A stretch of 62,214 nt of DNA, the filler included. It is 5 parts of 5 records of this genome, joined end to end, with 100 filler letters (N's around TTAATTAATTAA, not from the genome) between each part and the next. Parts side by side here need not be neighbours in the genome. Positions count along the whole stretch, not along the records: positions 1 to 15,153 come from SRR20825010_4276; 4 more parts are not named here. One strand, written 5' to 3'. Both the position numbers and the translations under genes were made by a program. The notes beneath the pieces are model-generated. The model was not told the origin of the DNA, did not search any database, and saw nothing but the letters and a program-made list of their open reading frames with translations. The stretch's first letter is position 1. Each line of letters starts with the position of its first letter. Shown piece after piece: positions 1-8,910 of this stretch.

Positions 1-220
1 TTTGTGGCAACAAAAACACATCTTGAAATTCTTACTCAGCCGGATAAAATGTGGTTAGCTACTTCCAAGTAGTTCAAGTCTCCAATTACTTCGTACAATG
101 AATTTATACTTACTCCATACATCAACTAAAAACATTACTGTGATGCTTCTTTCTAAAATAGATATAGCTTACAAATTGTTAAAGTGGTAAATAGTTGGAA
201 ATAGCAAAGACACTTCGAAA

Positions 221-264
221 GGGGCTTGGTTTCTGACCGAAAGGAACTTAGAAACCAAGCTTCC
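221..264. other. Strong hairpin downstream of the xis-like gene (possible terminator or RNA element)
   Basis: GCTTGGTTTCT (224-234) pairs with AGAAACCAAGC (250-260). The loop contains CC-GAAA-GG. Confidence 0.5.
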
Positions 265-412
265 TTCTCCGCTTACTAAACCGGAAAGTGCCCTGGATTT
301 TGACAAAGGAAAAATTTCAGGGGGTCTTTTCCTGTTCGCCTTCCCGTCCTTTAGAAAATTTGTTTTCTTTTGATAAATTCTCGTGCTCCTCCATAGAAAA
401 GTCTCTATTTTA

Positions 413-721
413 CTACCACCTACTCGGTTTTACCAGTTTGGGGTTCTTACGAGCCAGCTCCAACAATTCCTTTTTGGAAAAGAAAACCGACCGTCCTATC
501 TGGAAATATGGCACCATACCCTTTTTCTTCCAGCTGATCAGACTGGTGACCGATATACCCAGAAATTTTGCCGCTTCTTTTTGGGTTAGCCTGTCCTCTT
601 CCGGGTTGGTACTGCCGATAGGTATCGTTTCTGTTTTTCGGATTTCTTCGACCACCATTCGGACTACTCTTTTCAAATCTTCCTTGTTGTGCGTGTAGAA
701 TAATACGTTTCCCATCTTCAA
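413..721 (-). CDS. HTH_17/MerR-like DNA-binding protein, probable excisionase
   Basis: LTQKEAAKFLGISVTSLISWKKKGMVPYFQIGRSVFF is a typical excisionase-type HTH. It lies downstream of the integrase. Confidence 0.85.
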   Translation of the reverse strand: MKMGNVLFYTHNKEDLKRVVRMVVEEIRKTETIPIGSTNPEEDRLTQKEAAKFLGISVTSLISWKKKGMVPYFQIGRSVFFSKKELLELARKNPKLVKPSRW

Positions 722-861
722 ACTTTTTTAAATTAAACTCTTGTTTCAACAGTTCAAAGTTGGAATAAAACTGCGCTGTATAATTGAGTGTTCGTTTAAT
801 CCATGCAGTAAAACCTTTGATATCGTAGCTTTAACGCACTTTAGGGTATTTCATTTTACTT

Positions 862-1671
862 TTAAGTGTTTCGTTTAAGTTTGCTTAAAAAGGTACGGAT
901 ATTAGGAGAATTTTTATAGTGAGTGGCAAACTTCATCTCGCTCGGAAGTTTTTCTACGGACTGTCCAAGCCCTGGATAAATGGCTTTTAATAACATGGCT
1001 ACATCGGAAAAGGGATTGGTAATAATCTCTTCCTTGCACAATACCCAAAAGAGTTCTATAAAGCTGGCCTTATCAAGTATCGGTGGCGGGGAAAAAGAAC
1101 CATTTATCCCCCGAAGCTTTTGTTGTCCCCGCTCCGGTTCAAAATTAGTGAATACAAAATGACGGATTTCATCCTGGTAATTATGGTTATAATATTCGCT
1201 TAGATAATTAAAAATATCCTTTTGTCCTATGGTTTCCTTGTTGTGGTAGCCTTGGGGTCTTAACTTAAGTTTGATCGAGGGATATACAGGTACCACCGGG
1301 TATACCATTTCAATGGAGCCTGTCTTGGTTGACAAATTTACTGCCGGATTATTCTCTTCCTTATAATCCACTACTTTCCAAGAGTCTTTTACCCGCTTAA
1401 CCTGTCTCTTTTTAATGTAAAAATACATAGCTGTGGCACTGACCAAAAGAATTAGTATGTAGGCTATGGTAAAAAAAGTACGGAAACTCCAATCATAGGA
1501 ATCATTCAGAAAAAAGCTAACTTCTAAAAAAGTAAACAATAAAAAAAGTATTGTAAAGAAGATAATGTACAGATTCCCAGAAAAGAAAGCCCTTATCTTA
1601 TTATAAAGCCTTCTTGCTGCATCATCCATTTTTATCATCAAAACACCGATATGTTCAAAAAAATTATTCAT
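862..1671 (-). CDS. Hypothetical protein with two N-terminal transmembrane helices (integrase-coupled orf2)
   Basis: 269-aa ORF whose start overlaps the integrase stop by 4 nt. Hydrophobic runs LYIIFFTILFLLFTFLEVSFFL and FFTIAYILILLVSATAMYFYI precede a soluble domain. Confidence 0.7.
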   Translation of the reverse strand: MNNFFEHIGVLMIKMDDAARRLYNKIRAFFSGNLYIIFFTILFLLFTFLEVSFFLNDSYDWSFRTFFTIAYILILLVSATAMYFYIKKRQVKRVKDSWKVVDYKEENNPAVNLSTKTGSIEMVYPVVPVYPSIKLKLRPQGYHNKETIGQKDIFNYLSEYYNHNYQDEIRHFVFTNFEPERGQQKLRGINGSFSPPPILDKASFIELFWVLCKEEIITNPFSDVAMLLKAIYPGLGQSVEKLPSEMKFATHYKNSPNIRTFLSKLKRNT

Positions 1672-2906
1672 ATCTTATTCCAAGTGCTGTCCATTTCCTG
1701 CCTTTTAAAATCTTCAGCGATTTTTACATAACGCCTAAAGGAGCTTTCCTTTTTATGTCCAGTAATATTCCTGATCACTATTTCTTTCATCCCTAAAATT
1801 AAACTATTTGTTACAAATGTTTTACGAGCGGTATGACTCGTTATAAATTCATACTTGGGTGCGGTCTTATCTACCCGCCTTTGTCCGATATAGCGGGTAA
1901 TGGTTACCAGAATATTGATTTCGGCCTCTTTACAGCACTTTTTAATGTATTCATTAAATTTCTGTGAAGAAATTACCGGTAGTGGTTCATAAATGGTATC
2001 CTTGTATTTATCCAACAAAGCTTTTGAATAATTGTTCAGGGGTATAACCTGATCTATTGTCTTTGTTTTTTGGACATTAAGCCGGATATGGTCTTCTTGT
2101 ATGTTCGATGAACGTAATTGCTTGACATCGGAGAAGCGAAGTCCCGTAAAACAGCTAAAACAGTAAGTGTCGCGTACATGTTCTAATTTCTTTGAAGTAA
2201 ACTCATGCTGATATAAGGTCATGAGCTCTTCTATGGTAAGGAAGATCACTTCGATGGGATCTTCTTTCGCTTTGAATTTCTTGTATGCATGGTTATCATG
2301 ATATCCCCTATCCGATGCCCATGTCATGAACGTCTTTAAAATTTTAATGATACAGGCAAAATAACTATTGGTGTACTTTTTCTTTAGAAAAGTATATTCC
2401 TGTAGGTTTTCAAAAAAGGTTTGATTGATAGTATCAAAATACAAAGCATAACCGGTATTTTTCTCAAAAGTTTTAAAAAAATTAGAGATGGTTACGTAAG
2501 ATTTAATAGTCCTTTCTACTTTGGTAGCTTTACTTTTTTCAATAAACTCGACAAAAGAAGGCCAAAACTCATGGCTTAAACGGGTAGCACTTAGATTGGT
2601 ATCGAGCTTTTCCAATATAAATTCTTTAGAGGAAGTAATTTCATTTAAAAGGATGTACCTGAATAATTTTTTGAGATCTGTTTCAAGTTCGTCTATCTTC
2701 TTATTATACTCTATATGGTAATTATAGGCTTCCCCTTTTCTTGGTGGCCGGATACGTTGGTTATCCTCCATCCATTGGGAAAGCGAACATTTTACCCCTT
2801 TAACTTGTTTACGGATACGCTGCCCATCTACAGTAATACTATAATAAACTGGTGAAAGACCACTTTTATCAATCTTGTTCTTAACAACATAAAAAGAAAC
2901 TTGCAT
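1668..2906 (-). CDS. Site-specific tyrosine integrase (Bacteroidota type with N-terminal arm-binding domain)
   Basis: Catalytic motifs TGLRFSD, QKTK, HTARKTF, TGH and RRY. The N-terminus PVYYSITVDGQRIRK is arm-binding-like. Confidence 0.95.
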   Translation of the reverse strand: MQVSFYVVKNKIDKSGLSPVYYSITVDGQRIRKQVKGVKCSLSQWMEDNQRIRPPRKGEAYNYHIEYNKKIDELETDLKKLFRYILLNEITSSKEFILEKLDTNLSATRLSHEFWPSFVEFIEKSKATKVERTIKSYVTISNFFKTFEKNTGYALYFDTINQTFFENLQEYTFLKKKYTNSYFACIIKILKTFMTWASDRGYHDNHAYKKFKAKEDPIEVIFLTIEELMTLYQHEFTSKKLEHVRDTYCFSCFTGLRFSDVKQLRSSNIQEDHIRLNVQKTKTIDQVIPLNNYSKALLDKYKDTIYEPLPVISSQKFNEYIKKCCKEAEINILVTITRYIGQRRVDKTAPKYEFITSHTARKTFVTNSLILGMKEIVIRNITGHKKESSFRRYVKIAEDFKRQEMDSTWNKI

Positions 2907-2926
2907 AATATTACTAATGGATTTAA

Positions 2927-2960
2927 TTGGACAAAAGAGGTGACAAAAAAGGTGACAAAA
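2927..2960. repeat. Three direct repeats at 12-bp period, candidate integrase arm-type sites
   Basis: TTGGACAAAA (2927), GGTGACAAAA (2939) and GGTGACAAAA (2951) lie between the int start and the att core. Confidence 0.65.
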
Positions 2961-3064
2961 TTTTTAAAAAACTTAAAAAAAATAGGTTTAAGTAAATTTC
3001 ACATACACCAAATATAGTGATTTATAAGGGGTTACAGGAGGTATAAAATAAGAAAAGTTCTATA

Positions 3065-3084
3065 GTACTCCCGCCTCGAGTACA
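3065..3084 (+). other. att site: displaced tRNA 3' fragment (probably tRNA-Leu) with recombinase core symmetry
   Basis: ACT-CCCGC-CTCGAGT-A-CA parses as T-loop end, T-stem 3' strand, acceptor 3' strand and discriminator. GTACTC/GAGTAC inverted repeats flank a 7-bp spacer. Confidence 0.75.
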
Positions 3085-3128
3085 AAAACCCTTGTTAATC
3101 ATTTGATTTTCAAGGGTTTTTTATTTTT
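3085..3128. terminator. Bidirectional intrinsic terminator (tRNA side and rodA side)
   Basis: AAAACCCTTG...CAAGGGTTTT hairpin with A and T tracts. Confidence 0.75.
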
Positions 3129-3191
3129 ATAGACTTTTATTGTACGCTTATTTTGGATCATTCCCAATTGTTGTGTTCATGCAAAATTAAC

Positions 3192-4472
3192 CTACATCCA
3201 CTCGTTAATTCTATTAGCGTCTAGTTTCAAAAAGATAAATAAAAGCACGGTAAATCCTAGCAGACCTGACCCTCCATAGCTAAAAAACGGCAATGGAATT
3301 CCTACAGTAGGCAACAAACCAATTACCATTCCTACATTAATTGCAAAGTGAAAAAAGATGATAGATGCTACAGAATAACCATATATTCTGCTGAAAGCAG
3401 ATTTTTGGCGTTCTGCCAAAAACAACAACCTTAAAATAAGCATCGAAAACAATAGAATAACTGCAGATGTTCCTACAAAACCCCACTCTTCTCCAACTGT
3501 ACTAAAAATATAATCGGTATGTTGTTCTGGGACAAAGTTTCCTTTGGTTCTTGTTCCTTCTAAAAATCCTTTCCCCATAAAACCTCCAGAACCAATAGCA
3601 GATTCTGATTGATAGGTATTATACCCAATAGTTTTTCTAATCTGATTAAGTTTCAGAGGATCGTCTTCTAGTCGTAACCACAAACTAAAACGGTCTCTGT
3701 GTCGTTGCTCAAAAACACTATTGTATATAAAATTAACAGAATACGAAAAAGCAGTAGCTATAATTAAAATAATTGTTAGCTGAGGAATAGATACTTTTTT
3801 CTTTTTCTTTTTAGAGAAATAATAAACCAACCCTAACAACAATGCACAACCCAAAAACACCCAGATAGTACCATAAAGTAGCGTGGACACAAATAAAACA
3901 ACAACAAACAATCCCACTAAAAGATACATTGGATGTAACCCTTCTCGATACAATACAAAAAAGAAAGCAGCATAGACTAATGCACTTCCAGGATCTGGCT
4001 GCGGAATGATAAGTAATGCTGGTAAACTTATAATAATAAAAGCTCTAAATAAGTCTTTAGGATTCTGAATATCGGTTTGTATATCACTTAAAAATTTAGC
4101 CAATGCCAAAGCTGTTGCAGCTTTAGCAAACTCAGACGGCTGAAGCGTCATCCCTCCAATTGCATACCAAGAAGTTGCTCCATTTACATTTTTCCCAAAA
4201 ACATAGAGCCCTAATAAAGATAGCAACGAAACCAAATAAATAATACTAGAAAACCGTTCGTAAAATTTAGCTTCTACAGATAAAATAAGGACAATGAGGA
4301 CGCAGCTTACAATTATAAACACTAATTGCTTCCCATAATAAGTTTCAGCATTTAAAACACTCCCTAACTCCCCAGTAAAAGAAGCGGAATAAATATTTAA
4401 CCAACCAATAAAAACCAATAATGCATACAGCAGAATACTAAACCAGTCTACTTTTTTTAAAAAATCACTCAT
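3192..4472 (-). CDS. rodA: Rod shape-determining protein RodA (SEDS family)
   Basis: QPSEFAK, QPDPGS, PEQHTDYIF and PFFSYGGS motifs; follows PBP2. Confidence 0.97.
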   Translation of the reverse strand: MSDFLKKVDWFSILLYALLVFIGWLNIYSASFTGELGSVLNAETYYGKQLVFIIVSCVLIVLILSVEAKFYERFSSIIYLVSLLSLLGLYVFGKNVNGATSWYAIGGMTLQPSEFAKAATALALAKFLSDIQTDIQNPKDLFRAFIIISLPALLIIPQPDPGSALVYAAFFFVLYREGLHPMYLLVGLFVVVLFVSTLLYGTIWVFLGCALLLGLVYYFSKKKKKKVSIPQLTIILIIATAFSYSVNFIYNSVFEQRHRDRFSLWLRLEDDPLKLNQIRKTIGYNTYQSESAIGSGGFMGKGFLEGTRTKGNFVPEQHTDYIFSTVGEEWGFVGTSAVILLFSMLILRLLFLAERQKSAFSRIYGYSVASIIFFHFAINVGMVIGLLPTVGIPLPFFSYGGSGLLGFTVLLFIFLKLDANRINEWM

Positions 4473-6401
4473 TTAAGGCAAAGGTTTTTTAGTAGGTTGC
4501 TTTATAACTTCTTTTTCTGGCCATTTAACAAATGTTTTTCCATCGTTTATCCTAAACGATTCTCCACTTAGTGGCTTAGCATATTCTTCTTCCAAACTAC
4601 CTTTTAAAAGATAATTCTCCATATCTGTTCTGGTAATTTCGCCTTTTACATATTTTTCTATCATTAAACTAGCAATTCTACCAGCCCATCTACTCCCCCA
4701 ATATCCATTTTCAACAAAAACAGCTATAGCTATTTTAGGATCTTCTACTGGTGCAAAAGCTACAAATATAGAATGGTCTGTGAGCTGTACTCTTTCTCCT
4801 TCTATTTTTGTAAAATTCTCCGCAGTCCCTGTTTTTCCAGCAATATTAATCCCTGGAATTCTAAGCAAGCTTGCTGTTCCCTTATTATAAACATCATACA
4901 TCCCCTGCACTACAGGCTCAAAATTTTTAGTATCAATTGTGGTTTGATGTTTTTCTAAAAATTTATTTGGTATGGTATCATTTTCTATTTCTTTGATAAT
5001 ATGTGGCGTATAATAATACCCTCTATTTGCAATAGTAGCCGTTAAATTTGCTAACTGAATTGGGGTAGACAAAACCTCCCCTTGTCCAATAGCGTTAGAC
5101 AATGTATTTGTTGCAAACCATCGTCTTTCTCCATATACGCTGTTATAATAATCTGCATCTGGAATTTTACCAGATTGACCCGTTGGAAGATCATATCCTA
5201 GATAATTTCCTAATCCAAAACTTTCTACATGCTTCTCCCAAGCATTCATCCCTTCTGCAGAAGTAGGATACTTCTCAATAATTCGCCTGTATGTATTTGC
5301 AAAATAAGCATTACAAGATGCTTCAATTCCTCTTCTTAAGTTGTTTCGTGTTCCAGATGGGCAGTGGCAGCCCATAAACGAATTTCTTCCATAGCGATAC
5401 CCATGGTAACAGGTAAAAGTTGTACTCTCATCTATAACTCCTTCTTGCAAGCCAATTAAAGCATTCACTGTTTTAAATGGAGAACCGGGCGGATACATAG
5501 CATTCAAACCTCGGTCGTACAAGGGTTTCGCAATGGAGTCGTAATACAGCTCTGTATAATTTTTTGACCTCTTCCTCCCTACTAACAAGTCTGGATCATA
5601 ACTAGGCGCAGAAACCAAAGCCAATATTTCTCCCGTTTTAGGATCCAAAGCCACTATCCCTCCACGCTTATGAATCATTAATTTTTCTCCATATTTCTGA
5701 AGCTCATTATCCAACGTCAAAACGATATCCTTTCCAGGAACAGGGAGCGTATCAAAAACACCATCTTTATAAGGACCAATAACTCTATTAAAACGATCTT
5801 TCTGAATAAACTTCACCCCTTTTCTTCCTCGCAAAACATTTTCATACTCTTCTTCCACACCTTGCCTACCTATTAACTCCCCAGATTGGTAATAAGAATA
5901 TTTTTTTAAATCACGGTTATTCACTTCGCTTATATACCCTAAAACATTAGCCCCTACATGTGTCATATAGTGTCTTAAAGATCGTTTCTGAATATAAAAA
6001 CCTTCATATTTACGCATTTTTTCTTGCAAAATAGCATACTCCTTTTTAGAAAGCTGCGGTACAAATACTGAAGGAAGTCTAGGAGAATAAATTCTTGCTT
6101 TCTTATATTTTTTTTCAAACTCTTCTTTGGTAATATTAAGCAAAGCGCAAAACTCTAGAGTATCAAGCGGCTTCACTTCTCTTGGAATAACCATTACATC
6201 ATAAGAAGGTTGATTAGCCACCAATAACTCCCCATTTCTATCATAAATATGCCCTCTTTCTGGGTAATCATAAACTGCATTAATTGCAGTATCATTTAAT
6301 GGATTTTTATTGGTATTATCTAACAATTGCAAATAAGAAAGCCTCCCTATATAAACAATAGCGATGATAATAATAATAGATGCTAAAAGAAGTTTTCTCA
6401 T
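4473..6401 (-). CDS. mrdA: Penicillin-binding protein 2
   Basis: SPFK, SCN and KTGT transpeptidase motifs; RGHIYDRNG; mre operon context. Confidence 0.97.
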   Translation of the reverse strand: MRKLLLASIIIIIAIVYIGRLSYLQLLDNTNKNPLNDTAINAVYDYPERGHIYDRNGELLVANQPSYDVMVIPREVKPLDTLEFCALLNITKEEFEKKYKKARIYSPRLPSVFVPQLSKKEYAILQEKMRKYEGFYIQKRSLRHYMTHVGANVLGYISEVNNRDLKKYSYYQSGELIGRQGVEEEYENVLRGRKGVKFIQKDRFNRVIGPYKDGVFDTLPVPGKDIVLTLDNELQKYGEKLMIHKRGGIVALDPKTGEILALVSAPSYDPDLLVGRKRSKNYTELYYDSIAKPLYDRGLNAMYPPGSPFKTVNALIGLQEGVIDESTTFTCYHGYRYGRNSFMGCHCPSGTRNNLRRGIEASCNAYFANTYRRIIEKYPTSAEGMNAWEKHVESFGLGNYLGYDLPTGQSGKIPDADYYNSVYGERRWFATNTLSNAIGQGEVLSTPIQLANLTATIANRGYYYTPHIIKEIENDTIPNKFLEKHQTTIDTKNFEPVVQGMYDVYNKGTASLLRIPGINIAGKTGTAENFTKIEGERVQLTDHSIFVAFAPVEDPKIAIAVFVENGYWGSRWAGRIASLMIEKYVKGEITRTDMENYLLKGSLEEEYAKPLSGESFRINDGKTFVKWPEKEVIKQPTKKPLP

Positions 6402-6922
6402 GTACTTTTTCTACTAAAGAGTGAGATAAAGATTAAACACATAATTAAGGTGAATATTGCAGAAAATAAGGTTTTTTTTAGAATCAGCAATATATGTGCA
6501 AAACTAAATATCTCTAAACTGAAAAGTACAAAATGGTGTGTTAAAATTAAGATAATGAGATAATTAATACGCTGACCAAAATATGTTTTTTCAATCTTTA
6601 TATTATGATAATCATAACTTACCCCAAAAACAGACCGCATCATTAACGGTCTAAAATAGGCTACAAAAACACATGCAGCTGCATGCACGCCACCACTATC
6701 ACTAAACATATCTATTGCTAACCCTAAAAGAAAAGCTGAAAAAATAAATAAAATCCTATTGTCTTTATCAAAAGGAAATAGAATGATAAAAAGTAGATAG
6801 ATATACGGATTTAAATAACCTAAAAAGTTAATATTACTAAAAATAACCACCTGTAAAATTACAAGCGCCACAAATCGAAGTATGGTTACAAAAGCTGTAT
6901 TATTCATCGATAGAAGCTTCAA
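6398..6922 (-). CDS. mreD: Rod shape-determining protein MreD (start probably ATG 6907)
   Basis: Very hydrophobic with GLAIDMFSDSGGVHAAA; lies between mreC and mrdA. Confidence 0.93.
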   Translation of the reverse strand: MKLLSMNNTAFVTILRFVALVILQVVIFSNINFLGYLNPYIYLLFIILFPFDKDNRILFIFSAFLLGLAIDMFSDSGGVHAAACVFVAYFRPLMMRSVFGVSYDYHNIKIEKTYFGQRINYLIILILTHHFVLFSLEIFSFAHILLILKKTLFSAIFTLIMCLIFISLFSRKST

Positions 6923-7721
6923 GGGTTAAAATCTCATCCCTGTTCAGGTTTTCAATAACATAAACATGGTCTAACGTGGTCATATCGTTAAACAATTTTA
7001 CATCTATTAAATAATAATTTTGAGAAACATCCAAATCAAAATTTTCTATGGTTCCAATAGGTATTCCTTTGGGGAAAATACTTGACATTCCGCCAGTTAT
7101 TACGGTATCTCCTTTCTTAATGGCAGCAGACCGCAAAATATCGACTAACTGAACAGTTTTAAAGTCTTCTCCATTCCATTTTAAGGATCCAAAATTATTA
7201 GTATTCTTTATAGATGCATTTATTTCTGAAAGCGAATTTAATACCGATTGTACATTTGCATAATTGCTAGAATTGTTCTCTATAATCCCAACAATTCCTT
7301 TGGAAGTAATTACCCCCATATCTTGCTTTACACTATCATTTCTCCCTTTATTTATAAGCAAATAATTACGCCTTTTATTAAAGCTATTTTTTATAATTGA
7401 AGCATTGTACAAATTATAATTTGTAAATAAAGAATCAGAAGAAAATGTAGAATCTATTGCATTATCTTCAATATTTAAAAGCTGCTTACGCAAGCGCAAG
7501 TTTTCTTCTACTAATTGCTTGTTGTACTCTTTTAAATGAAAGTAATCTGAGATATTATTAGAATTACTATATACTTTTCCAGATACCCAATTTGCCGAGT
7601 TTACAAACTTAGTTTTTTGATATGAATGTGACTGAAAAGTAAAAAATAGCGACAAGCCAAAAAGCAATAGAAAGGTAATAAAGGTCTTATTCCTTATTAA
7701 AAAATTGACAATTTGTTGCAT
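6900..7721 (-). CDS. mreC: Rod shape-determining protein MreC
   Basis: N-terminal TM, coiled coil ENLRLR, and GDTVITGG..FPKGIPIG. Confidence 0.96.
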   Translation of the reverse strand: MQQIVNFLIRNKTFITFLLLFGLSLFFTFQSHSYQKTKFVNSANWVSGKVYSNSNNISDYFHLKEYNKQLVEENLRLRKQLLNIEDNAIDSTFSSDSLFTNYNLYNASIIKNSFNKRRNYLLINKGRNDSVKQDMGVITSKGIVGIIENNSSNYANVQSVLNSLSEINASIKNTNNFGSLKWNGEDFKTVQLVDILRSAAIKKGDTVITGGMSSIFPKGIPIGTIENFDLDVSQNYYLIDVKLFNDMTTLDHVYVIENLNRDEILTLEASIDE

Positions 7722-7730
7722 TCACTAATT

Positions 7731-8759
7731 CTATTTTATTAAGATTGGTTTATACTTCTCTAGATTTTTTAAAGCTATCCCCGTACCTCTTACTACCGCT
7801 CTTAATGGATCTTCGGCAATATAAACAGGAAGATCTGTTTTTTGCGAAATACGCTTATCAAGACCTCTAAGCATAGAACCTCCTCCTGCAAGATAAATTC
7901 CTGTATTGTAAATATCGGCAGCTAATTCTGGTGGCGTTTGAGATAGGGTTTCCATTACCGCATCTTCAATTCTTAAAATCGATTTATCCAGAGCTTTAGC
8001 AATCTCTCTATATGAAATTTGCACTTGTTTAGGTTTCCCTGTTAAAAGGTCACGCCCTTGAACACTCATTTCTTCTGGCGGAATTTCAAGATCTTCGGTA
8101 GCAGCTCCAATAGCTATTTTTATATTTTCTGCAGTAGTTTCTCCAACATATAAGTTATGCTGAGTCCGCATATAATAAATAATATCGTTTGTAAATACAT
8201 CTCCAGCAATTTTTACAGATTTATCACAAACAATCCCTCCTAAAGCAATTACTGCAATTTCGGTAGTTCCTCCACCTATATCAACAATCATATTTCCTTT
8301 AGGCTGCATAATATCCAATCCAATTCCAATAGCAGCAGCCATTGGCTCATGAATTAAATATACCTCTTTTCCATTAACACGCTCAGCAGATTCTTTTACC
8401 GCACGCATTTCTACTTCTGTTATTCCTGATGGAATACAAATAACCATTTTCAATGTAGGCTGAAAAAAACGTTTTTTTAATGCTGGAATTCCTTTAATGA
8501 ACATATTGATCATTTTTTCGGAAGCATCAAAATCGGCAATTACACCATCTTTTAAAGGCCTTATTGTTTTTATATTTTCATGGGTTTTTCCTTGCATCAT
8601 GCTGGCTTCCTTACCAACTGCAATAATTTTTCCAGTCATTCTGTCTCTGGCCACAATAGAAGGACTATCCACAACCACTTTGTCGTTATGAATAATTAGC
8701 GTATTTGCTGTTCCTAAATCTATAGCAATTTCTTCGGTCAAGAAGTCAAAAAATCCCAT
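7731..8759 (-). CDS. mreB: Actin-like rod shape-determining protein MreB
   Basis: IDLGTANT, EPMAAAIG and DIGGGTTE motifs. Confidence 0.98.
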   Translation of the reverse strand: MGFFDFLTEEIAIDLGTANTLIIHNDKVVVDSPSIVARDRMTGKIIAVGKEASMMQGKTHENIKTIRPLKDGVIADFDASEKMINMFIKGIPALKKRFFQPTLKMVICIPSGITEVEMRAVKESAERVNGKEVYLIHEPMAAAIGIGLDIMQPKGNMIVDIGGGTTEIAVIALGGIVCDKSVKIAGDVFTNDIIYYMRTQHNLYVGETTAENIKIAIGAATEDLEIPPEEMSVQGRDLLTGKPKQVQISYREIAKALDKSILRIEDAVMETLSQTPPELAADIYNTGIYLAGGGSMLRGLDKRISQKTDLPVYIAEDPLRAVVRGTGIALKNLEKYKPILIK

Positions 8760-8850
8760 GAATTCTTCTGATATTAATCTGGTTATTTCCGCAAAGTGCG
8801 ACTAAAATATACCGAATATTTATTTCGGTATTTATTTGTTTATTTTATTC

Positions 8851-8880
8851 ATAACCTCGCAAATTACTTTGCGAGGTTAT
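8851..8880 (-). terminator. Hairpin after purH
   Basis: ATAACCTCGCAAA-TTAC-TTTGCGAGGTTAT, a perfect 13-bp stem. Confidence 0.65.
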
Positions 8881-8910
8881 TTCTGTTTTAATTCTTTCAA
8901 ATGTAATGAA

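Larger units (their letters stand above)
1..3084. mobile_element. Integrative element / genomic island end (int - orf2 - xis-like), inserted at a tRNA 3' end; other end lies beyond the window start
   Basis: Tyrosine integrase, HTH excisionase-like gene, 12-bp-period direct repeats and a tRNA 3' fragment at 3067-3084. Housekeeping genes begin immediately afterwards. Confidence 0.85.

Noticed and set aside
233-255. Hammerhead ribozyme-like CTGA..GA...GAAA
   Set aside because: The spacing is CTGACCGA rather than CTGANGA, and the segments pair into one hairpin with no three-way junction.
288-749. Alternative ORFs 288-698 (+), 383-589 (+) and 447-749 (-)
   Set aside because: They overlap the clear HTH gene and have no recognisable motifs.
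3061-3090. Complete tRNA gene
   Set aside because: Only the last ~18 nt are present; no D or anticodon arm lies upstream.
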